A stretch of DNA of 64,000 nt from Hyalangium minutum. Its GTDB lineage: Bacteria; Myxococcota; Myxococcia; Myxococcales; Myxococcaceae. The position numbers and the translations under genes are program-made. Each line of letters opens with the position of its first letter. Position 1 is the stretch's first letter. Positions 1 to 8,386 of the stretch are shown in pieces. The stretch is taken from positions 1 through 64,000 of the forward strand of contig NZ_JMCB01000023.1 of the NCBI RefSeq assembly GCF_000737315.1, read 5' to 3'. Below the pieces are notes generated by a model. It saw nothing but the letters and a program-made list of their open reading frames with translations. It did not search any database and was not told the DNA's origin.

Positions 1-1121
<1,121 letters not shown>

Positions 1122-1141
1122 GACGCTCCTCTAGAGAGAAA

Positions 1142-1217
1142 TGGAGCCCTGAACCAGGATTGAACTGGTGACCTCATCCTTACCAAGGATGCGCTCTGCC
1201 AACTGAGCTATCAGGGC
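1142..1217 (-). tRNA. tRNA-Thr(GGT)
   Basis: Reverse complement GCCCTGATAGCTCAGTTGG...CCTTGGTAAGGA...GTTCAAT...GGGCTCCA; anticodon GGT; CCA encoded. Confidence 0.97.
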
Positions 1218-1239
1218 TTGGAACTACACAACAACGGGT

Positions 1240-1317
<78 letters not shown>

Positions 1318-1324
1318 TGACCGA

Positions 1325-1408
1325 TGGAGGGAGATGGATTCGAACCATCGAAGGCGTAGAGCCGGCAGATTTACAGTCTGCTCCCTTTGGCCGCTTGGGT
1401 ATCCCTCC
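1325..1408 (-). tRNA. tRNA-Tyr(GTA)
   Basis: Reverse complement GGAGGGATACCCAAGCGGCCAAAGGGAGCAGACTGTAAATCTG..., long variable arm, GTTCGAAT; anticodon GTA; CCA not encoded. Confidence 0.97.
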
Positions 1409-1499
1409 GTATGCTTCTTCTCTACTACGACTGCGTGCTTCTACCACTCTCAAACTGCTTTTCTTCCGTCCGGGCCCTCATCCGCGGCCCCGTCCTTAT

Positions 1500-1572
1500 G
1501 GCCGGCGGCGGGACTTGAACCCGCGACCTACTGATTACAAATCAGTTGCTCTACCGACTGAGCTACACCGGC
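1500..1572 (-). tRNA. tRNA-Thr(TGT)
   Basis: Reverse complement GCCGGTGTAGCTCAGTCGGTAGAGCAACTGATTTGTAATCAG...GTTCAAG...GCCGGC; anticodon TGT. Order Thr(TGT)-Tyr-Gly-Thr(GGT)-tuf matches the classic tufB operon. Confidence 0.96.
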
Positions 1573-1656
1573 ATTACTCCGGCTGCTACCCGCCCTACCC
1601 CATGCACCCCTACGGCGACCGTCAACTGCCCGGTCACCGGCGTCGAAAGGCGGGCC

Positions 1657-1686
1657 CTTTTAGAGACCCTGGGTGCCTGAAGTCAA
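1657..1686 (-). promoter_or_regulatory. Putative sigma70 promoter of the tRNA-tuf operon
   Basis: TTGACT (1686-1681), 18 nt spacer, TAAAAG (1662-1657) upstream of the first tRNA. Confidence 0.45.
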
Positions 1687-1703
1687 GGAGATTGATCCCT
1701 GGC

Positions 1704-2513
1704 TTAGGATCTGCCCGACACTCCCACACCCCGCTGCCGAGCAACCTCATAGAGAAGGATGGCTGCGGACACCGACGCGTTCAGTGAACCTACCTGACCT
1801 GCCATGGGAATCCGCAGGCGGAAGTCGCAGTGCTTGAGGACACCCTCTCGCACGCCTGCCCCCTCGGCCCCCACGACGATCGCCAGTGGACCGTCCAAGC
1901 GGGCCTTCCAGAGAGGCTCCTGGGAGTCGACGTCCGCCGCGGCCACCCACACCCCGGCCTCTTTCAGCTCCTCCAGCGCGCGGGAGATGTTGACCACCCG
2001 GGCAATCGGGCAGTGCTCCACCGCTCCCGCCGAGGCCTTGGCCACCAGCCCCGTCACCGGCACCGCCCGGTCCTTGCCAATGACGACGCCATGGGCCCCC
2101 AGCGCGTGCGCCGAACGGATAATGGCCCCCAGGTTGTGGGGATCCTGGACGCCATCCAGCACCACGATGAGAGGAGGCCGCCCGCTCGCCTCGGCCGCCT
2201 CCAGCAGGTCCGGCAGTTCCGCGTACTGGAAGCCGCGCAGTTCCGCCACCACTCCCTGGTGGACGCCACCCTCCGCAAGCGAGGCCAGCCGCTCCCGCGG
2301 CACACGCTCCACTCGAATGCCCGCGTCTCGAGCGCGGCTGAGGATCTCCGCCGCCGCCTTCGAGCCCAGCTGCCCCTCCGTGATGTAGAGGCGATCCACC
2401 TCGTCCGCGCGCACCCGCATCGCCTCGATGACCGGGTTTACTCCGTAGACGTGGCGCTCGCTGCGCTCGCCGCGCTCCCGCTGCTCGGTACCTCGAGATG
2501 CACGATCACGCAT
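1704..2513 (-). CDS. rlmB: 23S rRNA (Gm2251) 2'-O-methyltransferase, SpoU family
   Basis: VYGVNPV, HQGVVA, LDGVQDPHNLGAIIRSA, GAEGAG, SLNASV SPOUT motifs. Confidence 0.92.
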   Translation of the reverse strand: MRDRASRGTEQRERGERSERHVYGVNPVIEAMRVRADEVDRLYITEGQLGSKAAAEILSRARDAGIRVERVPRERLASLAEGGVHQGVVAELRGFQYAELPDLLEAAEASGRPPLIVVLDGVQDPHNLGAIIRSAHALGAHGVVIGKDRAVPVTGLVAKASAGAVEHCPIARVVNISRALEELKEAGVWVAAADVDSQEPLWKARLDGPLAIVVGAEGAGVREGVLKHCDFRLRIPMAGQVGSLNASVSAAILLYEVARQRGVGVSGRS

Positions 2514-2519
2514 GGCGGC

Positions 2520-2969
2520 CTACTGGACCTCGACAGGAATGGATAACGTCTTCTGCTGCCGGGCGCAGATCTTCTCCGTGCAGATGAAGAAGGTCAGCTT
2601 CGCGTCCACCAGCCCCTTGCCCGCCGCCGCCGCCGTGAAGGGCACCTCGAAGCGAGGATCCGCGAAGGACTGGCCCTCGGCCTTCTTCGCGACCGAGTCC
2701 ACCAGCGTCAGCTGCTCCTTGGCCGGCGTCAGCTGCGTCCCCTTCACTTGGAGCTTCAGCGGCGCCTCGTCGGAGACGTGCGCCCCCGCCTTGCTCTTGA
2801 TGGACAGCACGAAGACGCCCTTCTCCCCGGCCTTCACCTTGGCGGACGTGCCCTCGGTGCTCACTTCGTAGAGGGTGGTGGGATCCACCTCGCCCTCGGC
2901 GCGAGCCTGGGTCCACGCAAGGGCCACCCACAGGGTGACAATCGGAGCAAGACGACGCAGGTGAAGCAT
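2520..2969 (-). CDS. Secreted beta-sandwich protein, DsbD N-terminal-like with C-x4-C
   Basis: Start moved to ATG 2969 (MLHLRRLAPIVTLWVALAWTQARA, signal peptide); beta-rich; only two Cys, in FFICTEKIC. Confidence 0.6.
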   Translation of the reverse strand: MLHLRRLAPIVTLWVALAWTQARAEGEVDPTTLYEVSTEGTSAKVKAGEKGVFVLSIKSKAGAHVSDEAPLKLQVKGTQLTPAKEQLTLVDSVAKKAEGQSFADPRFEVPFTAAAAGKGLVDAKLTFFICTEKICARQQKTLSIPVEVQ

Positions 2970-3046
2970 GGGACGTTCTCCTCGATAGACGGGCCAGCGT
3001 ATAGCCAGCCTTCCGACGCTCGGGCAGCGTTTTCTCTTCATCCTCT

Positions 3047-4042
3047 TCAGGTCGACACCTTCCCCGAAGACCGCCTCGCTGCCTTTCGGCGGGCCGAGCC
3101 CTTCTTCCCTCCAGGCACGCTCACGGGCGCCCCCCCTGCCCCCAGTTCCTGATGCTCCACTCCCGGAGCCCCCGCCACCAGCGCCTCCGCGCGCTCGATG
3201 ATGGGTGTCGCCAGATCTATCCCTGTCGCCGCCTCCATGTCCGGCAGCGCTGGGGAACTGTTCACTTCGAAGACCTTGGGCTGCCCGTTCACGTCCAGCA
3301 GATCCACCGCCGCCACCTCCAGCCCCACCAGCCGCGCCGTCCGCTCGGCCGTCACCCGGCACGCCTCCGTCAGCTCCACGCCCTCCAGCCTCGCGCCCTT
3401 GATCAGCGTGTGGGACATGCGTCCAACCCTCGGATGGCGCTGCACCGCCGCCACCGCCCGGCCTCCCACCACCAGAACCCGGAAGTCCTTCCCCGTGTTC
3501 ATCACGTACTGCTGCACCACGAGGTTGTGCCCCAGTCCCAGCACCGCTTCCAGCGCAGCCTCCAGCGACTGCAGGCTCTCGCACACCATCACGCCGTGCT
3601 TCTCCTGGCCCTGCAGCAGCTTCACCAGCACCGGGACCCCACCCACCAGCCCCACCATCGCCTTCAGATCTCCGGCGTCCCTCGCCATCACCGTGGCCGG
3701 GGTGTCGATGCCGTTGGCGGACAGCAGCTGCAGCGAGCGCATCTTGTTGCGCGACTGTGCGATCCCCTGCGCCGTGTTCATCAGCGGCACGCCCCGGATC
3801 CCGAACTGGTTCACCACCGCAAGCCCGTACGTGTTGATGGACTGGGCGATGCGCGGGATCACCACGTCACAGGGCGGCATCCGCTTGCGCTTGTAGAAGA
3901 GGTTCGCGGTGCTCCCATCCAGGTGCATCTCCACCCGGCCCGGGTTCAGCACACGCACCTGATGCCCTCGCGCACGCGCGGCCTCCACCAGACGCCGGGT
4001 GGACGGAATGGAGGCGGAGCGCGAGAGGATCGTGATCTTCAT
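3047..4042 (-). CDS. RimK-family ATP-grasp alpha-L-glutamate ligase
   Basis: MKITILSR, DVVIPRI, SRNKMRSLQLL, DFRVLVVG, AAVDLL, FEVNSSP. Confidence 0.9.
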   Translation of the reverse strand: MKITILSRSASIPSTRRLVEAARARGHQVRVLNPGRVEMHLDGSTANLFYKRKRMPPCDVVIPRIAQSINTYGLAVVNQFGIRGVPLMNTAQGIAQSRNKMRSLQLLSANGIDTPATVMARDAGDLKAMVGLVGGVPVLVKLLQGQEKHGVMVCESLQSLEAALEAVLGLGHNLVVQQYVMNTGKDFRVLVVGGRAVAAVQRHPRVGRMSHTLIKGARLEGVELTEACRVTAERTARLVGLEVAAVDLLDVNGQPKVFEVNSSPALPDMEAATGIDLATPIIERAEALVAGAPGVEHQELGAGGAPVSVPGGKKGSARRKAARRSSGKVST

Positions 4043-4102
4043 GGGCAGGGCGGCGCGACTCCTCTTAATCGCCGCCCCGCGCCGGGTAAAGCGACCTCGG
4101 TG

Positions 4103-5371
4103 CTACTTGCGTTGAACGGCGCGGGCCTCGAGCTTGATCGGATTGGTGTTCGTCGAGCCCAGGATGCGGTTGCAGGTATCCCCCTTGAACTCGACACCCG
4201 CAGACGTCAGCTCCCAGGTGTTCGGGCCCGACTCCATCGGCGCATCGTTCACATAGACGACAATCAGGCTCGGATCCGAGGGAAGCTGGGCCGCAGTCAG
4301 CGCCAGGAGGCACGGATTCGTGTCCCCAATTCTGTTGATGATCTGCGCGAGCGCGTTGGCCAGTTCCTGCTGGTTGGCCGCCTGGTAGAAACGCCGGCCA
4401 CACAGCTTCGAGACCGGATCACACGTGTCACCCGCGCCACAAGCGTTGTCATCGTTCACACAGTTGCGCGCAAAGCCACCAGCCTCGGCCATGGCGTTGA
4501 GCGTCTCCGGGCCCACGCCAGACGCCGTCTCGGCGCCGAAGCCAATCACGATGGTCCGAATGTCCTTCTCCTTCTCGGGATTCCTCAGATTGGTCACCGC
4601 CTGCACCGACGCATCCTTGTCGAGGCACCCCAGCGGGCTCGTGCCGCACGTGGCCTGCGTGCAGCGGCAGGTCGCCGGGTTGCCCGCGTTGGGGTTGGCT
4701 GAGTTGCAGTTCGGCAGACCGTCCGTCAGCAGCAGGACGAAGTCGTCCCGGTCCGTCCCCTGGAGCTCCGTCAGGCTGGACACGAACTTGAGGCTCTCGC
4801 TGGTGGGAGTACCGCCCGACGGTCCCCCCTGCCCGTTGATGGGCTTGTTCAGGATCTCGCTCGAGATCTGGCTCGCCGCGTTCTGAAGCGCGGCGCTGTC
4901 CGTGTCCTCCACCTGAGGAATGGCGATGCGGACCGCGCTCGAGGCAAAGCACTGCGTGGACGTGGTGCCGTTCGAGTTCGGGTAGGTCGTCAGCCCCATG
5001 CGGGCGATGCTCCCGCTGTTGCCCAGGAACGTCGACATGGCGCCGCGCAGCTCGCTCCAGCGCGTGGGGCACGTGTTGACGTCGCAGTTGGTACCGCCCG
5101 GCTGGCCGCAGATGTCATTCGGCGGCGTCCCCCCTGCAACCTTGCAGTCCGGATCCGCCTGGTTCACCGGCAGCGTCATCGAGCCCGAGGTGTCCAGCAG
5201 CACCATCAGGTTCGGCTTCAGCGCCTTGGCGCGAATGACGTCGCCCACGGTCGTCTGCGCCAGCGCGAGCGGCTCCACTGGCTCGAAGTCGTACGTCTGG
5301 CAGGCAGATGCGATCACGCCTCCGACAATGCCCACGGCTAAGGCGCTCAGGATGTTCAGCTTGGCGCGCAT
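4103..5371 (-). CDS. cglB: Adventurous-gliding VWA lipoprotein CglB
   Basis: Lipoprotein signal (ASAC-QTYDFEPVEPLA); MIDAS DTSGS...GTPT...LTDG; 17 Cys counted, as in M. xanthus CglB; next to rlmB/tRNA/tuf as I recall for M. xanthus. Confidence 0.85.
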   Translation of the reverse strand: MRAKLNILSALAVGIVGGVIASACQTYDFEPVEPLALAQTTVGDVIRAKALKPNLMVLLDTSGSMTLPVNQADPDCKVAGGTPPNDICGQPGGTNCDVNTCPTRWSELRGAMSTFLGNSGSIARMGLTTYPNSNGTTSTQCFASSAVRIAIPQVEDTDSAALQNAASQISSEILNKPINGQGGPSGGTPTSESLKFVSSLTELQGTDRDDFVLLLTDGLPNCNSANPNAGNPATCRCTQATCGTSPLGCLDKDASVQAVTNLRNPEKEKDIRTIVIGFGAETASGVGPETLNAMAEAGGFARNCVNDDNACGAGDTCDPVSKLCGRRFYQAANQQELANALAQIINRIGDTNPCLLALTAAQLPSDPSLIVVYVNDAPMESGPNTWELTSAGVEFKGDTCNRILGSTNTNPIKLEARAVQRK

Positions 5372-5537
5372 ACGGTGCTTTCTTCCTCGGGCGGGTTCCG
5401 GCCCCCGCGTCTTCGGGTTTCTTTCTACGAGTCCGGGGCCGAGAGTAACCGGTCCCTCGGCATCGCTGCTACAGCGCTGCCGTCATACACCAGCGTTTCA
5501 AATGAAGCTGTCAAGTTCCAACACAAGCCGAAGGCGC

Positions 5538-5930
5538 TCACAGAGCAAGCGTGCGTGCCCCCTCGGTCATCCGCCACAGCGAGGCCAGCCCCATCACCTC
5601 GTCCAACGTGCCCTCCAGTTCCTGTGGGACGAAGCCGCAGATGCGCACCGTGGTGTCGCACGCAATCAGCTTCGCCCCCAGTGCCCGGGCCTCCTCCAAC
5701 ATTCGTGAGGGAGTGGGCACTCCCATGCCCTCGGCTCGCGCACTCTCCGCCCGCTCTTTCTCACTGTGGGGCAAACCGAACGTGCCGCGCAGCAGCTGGC
5801 GCAGCGCATCGAAGGCGAAGACGAAGTACACCTCGTCCCCCATTGCAGCCGCGGTGATGCCCATGGACGCCGCCTGGAACGCGGGCTCGTAGGTGGCGTG
5901 CTGCAGGAAGAAGAAGACGCGTCCGGCCAT
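5538..5930 (-). CDS. DsrE/DsrF-like family protein
   Basis: FVFAFDAL...MLEEARALGAKLIACDTT...EVMGLA pattern; start moved to ATG 5930. Confidence 0.75.
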   Translation of the reverse strand: MAGRVFFFLQHATYEPAFQAASMGITAAAMGDEVYFVFAFDALRQLLRGTFGLPHSEKERAESARAEGMGVPTPSRMLEEARALGAKLIACDTTVRICGFVPQELEGTLDEVMGLASLWRMTEGARTLAL

Positions 5931-6058
5931 AGCGCCCAGCACCATACCGGCGCACCGCAGCGCTTCAAACTATCCACTTCCAGCGAAAGTCCACGGGCAG
6001 GGTCGAGTCTGGCCGCCAGACGGCATATAACCCTCGCGCTCGACCGGAGGAGACTCTC

Positions 6059-6541
6059 ATGCCCGCGCCGACAGCCCCGCTCGGGAACGCTCACGCCCAC
6101 CTCGCTGCATGGAAGCGCGGTGCCCTCGTGCTCAGCGTCGCCCTGCTCCTGGGCCCCGGAGCCCCTCCTCAAGCCGCGCCCGGAGGGGCCTCCGCCCAGG
6201 TGAGCCTGCCTCCACCGCTGGCGATTCGCCCCCAGGTGGCCTCGCTGCTCGACCAGCCCGATACGCGCCTGCGCGCCTTGCTCGAAGACACGCACACCGA
6301 GGCCCCCATGCGCGCCAGTGCCGCTACCGCGCTCAGCCTCCAGGCAGGCACTGAAGCCATCCCTACCCTGCTGCCCTACCTTCAGGATCGCGAGCAACAG
6401 GTCCGCATCGCCGTCGCTCGGGCGCTTGGGCGCCTGGGCGGTCCCGAGGTCCAGCAGGCCCTCGAAGAGCGCATCCCCTCCGAGGAGGAGCCGCTCGTCC
6501 GTGAGGCGCTCCAGCAAGGTCTCTCCTTCATCGCGCCCTGA
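6059..6541 (+). CDS. HEAT-repeat protein with N-terminal hydrophobic segment
   Basis: MRASAATALS, VRIAVARALGRLGG, VREALQQGL repeats. Confidence 0.75.
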   Translation: MPAPTAPLGNAHAHLAAWKRGALVLSVALLLGPGAPPQAAPGGASAQVSLPPPLAIRPQVASLLDQPDTRLRALLEDTHTEAPMRASAATALSLQAGTEAIPTLLPYLQDREQQVRIAVARALGRLGGPEVQQALEERIPSEEEPLVREALQQGLSFIAP

Positions 6542-6579
6542 GCACTTCCAGGCTCGCATCGGACCCGCGCTTCCATTAC

Positions 6580-7284
6580 ATGGAGGCCATGCGTCCGACC
6601 GTGCTCCTCTTCGACATCGATGGCACCCTCGTTACCACCGGAGGTGCCGGACGCCGCGCCATCTCCCGCGCCTTCGAGAAGCTCCATGGCCGGCTCGATG
6701 CGTGTGATTCGTTCAGCCTCTCTGGGATGACCGACCGTGCCATCGTCCGCAAGGCGCTCTCCCTCATCGGCGTGGAGTCCCCTCCCGAGGCCATCGACGC
6801 CGTCATCGCGGCATACCTCTCCTTCCTCGACGAGGAGGTGAGAAAGACCGAGGCCCGCAGCTACTTCGTCCACGCGGGCATGCGCGAGGCCGTGTTGGAG
6901 GCTCGCTCCCGCTCGGGCGTCGCAGTGGGGCTCGGCACTGGCAATGTGCGACAGGGCGCCCGCGTGAAGCTCGAGCGCGTGGGCATCTATGACCAGTTCG
7001 CCTTCGGCGGCTTCGGCTGTGACCACGAGGATCGAGTCGAGCTCATCCGCCACGGAGCCCGCTCGGGCGCTCAGTTGCTGGGCGCACCGCTCGAAGCGTG
7101 CCGCGTGGTCGTCATCGGAGATACCCCCAAGGATGTCCACGCCGCCAAGGGCATCGGCGCCGTCTGTATTGGTGTGGGTACTGGCAACTTCACTCCCCAG
7201 GCCCTCATTGAGTCCGGCGCCGACTTCGCCTTTCCGGATATTGCCGCGCCGGGGGCGCTCGAAGCCCTCCTGCAGGATCGCTGA
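6580..7284 (+). CDS. HAD-family hydrolase/phosphatase
   Basis: LFDIDGTL motif I, LGTGN, VIGDTPKD motif IV. Confidence 0.9.
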   Translation: MEAMRPTVLLFDIDGTLVTTGGAGRRAISRAFEKLHGRLDACDSFSLSGMTDRAIVRKALSLIGVESPPEAIDAVIAAYLSFLDEEVRKTEARSYFVHAGMREAVLEARSRSGVAVGLGTGNVRQGARVKLERVGIYDQFAFGGFGCDHEDRVELIRHGARSGAQLLGAPLEACRVVVIGDTPKDVHAAKGIGAVCIGVGTGNFTPQALIESGADFAFPDIAAPGALEALLQDR

Positions 7285-7355
7285 CCCCTCGCACGCCTGC
7301 TCTGATGGACCCTGGGGTGTGGTATCTCCCCCACCCTCCCGAGGAGCCCCACCGC

Positions 7356-8354
7356 ATGTCGTTGTCCACCCTGGAAGCCTACGAGCTCATCCGCTTCTCC
7401 GAGGCGTTCGAAGCCCGCCTCGTCACCGCCAATGACATGATCGCGGACCGGGAAGGGCTCGCCCCCGAGAAGGAGTGGATGACCACCGCCCTCAAGATGG
7501 TTCACTCCGCCCTGGTTCCCGCTCCCGCCCTGATCGAGCGCGCCAAGGATCTTCCCGAGCTCGAAGAGGCTCGCGAGGAGTTCTCCTTCCAGCAACAGAA
7601 CCTCTGGGTCGATGCCCTGGAGAAGCTCCACGCCGGCATCACCTTCGCCGCCAGCAGCCGCGCCCCCGTCATCGAGGCGCTCTTCCCTCACCTCAAGTTT
7701 CCCCAGCTCCGCCGCGCCCCCCAAGAGACCGTCAACGAGTTCGCCGCCGCCTACGAGCGCCGCCTCAAGTCCAGCTACGTCAGCCGCATCTTCGCCCAGG
7801 ACGACTTCGCCATTGTCCGCCCTGTCGTTGATCAGGTCGCCCGCGCCTATGCCGCGTGGCAGGCGAGCCTCACTCCCGCAAACCTGCCCGACAGCCAGAC
7901 CGCTCCGCTGCGCGCGGAGCTGATCTCCGTGGGCTCCAAGCTGGATCTCGCCGTGCGCCAGGCCCGCCTGCTCGCCGAGGCCGCCTTCGTTCCGATCCCG
8001 GACGCCTTTGACTCCACGGGCCTCTCCGCCAAGCCCAAGCGGCGCGCCGGACGCGGCCTCCCCTTCGGCTTCGAAGAGATGAGCACCGAGCCCTCCACAG
8101 AAGAGCCACGTGAGGACTCGGAGATCCCGAACGCCGAGTCATCGGTGCTCCCGGAGACCGTCGCCTCCGAGGAGAATGCCGCTGCGGCTGCTCCGGCACC
8201 GGCTGAAGCGCCTCCGGCTGAGCCGCCTCCGGCTCCCGAAGTTGCAGCCGACCCGGCTCCCTCCGAGGTGGCTGCTGACGCCGCTCCCGCCGAGGCCAAG
8301 CCTGCCCGCCGTGGCCGCAAGAAGGCCGAGCCCAAACCTCCCGAGACGGACTGA
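7356..8354 (+). CDS. Hypothetical helical protein with acidic Ala/Pro-rich tail
   Basis: Long ORF in GC3-biased frame; start moved to ATG 7356 after GAGGAG; no family motif recognised. Confidence 0.7.
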   Translation: MSLSTLEAYELIRFSEAFEARLVTANDMIADREGLAPEKEWMTTALKMVHSALVPAPALIERAKDLPELEEAREEFSFQQQNLWVDALEKLHAGITFAASSRAPVIEALFPHLKFPQLRRAPQETVNEFAAAYERRLKSSYVSRIFAQDDFAIVRPVVDQVARAYAAWQASLTPANLPDSQTAPLRAELISVGSKLDLAVRQARLLAEAAFVPIPDAFDSTGLSAKPKRRAGRGLPFGFEEMSTEPSTEEPREDSEIPNAESSVLPETVASEENAAAAAPAPAEAPPAEPPPAPEVAADPAPSEVAADAAPAEAKPARRGRKKAEPKPPETD

Positions 8355-8386
8355 ACACCTCGCGGCACCGCGTGAGAGACCCGGCC

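Noticed and set aside
5485-5514. Sigma70 promoter for cglB from a perfect TTGACA (5514-5509)
   Set aside because: No acceptable -10 at 16-18 nt spacing (TATGAC is 21 nt away)
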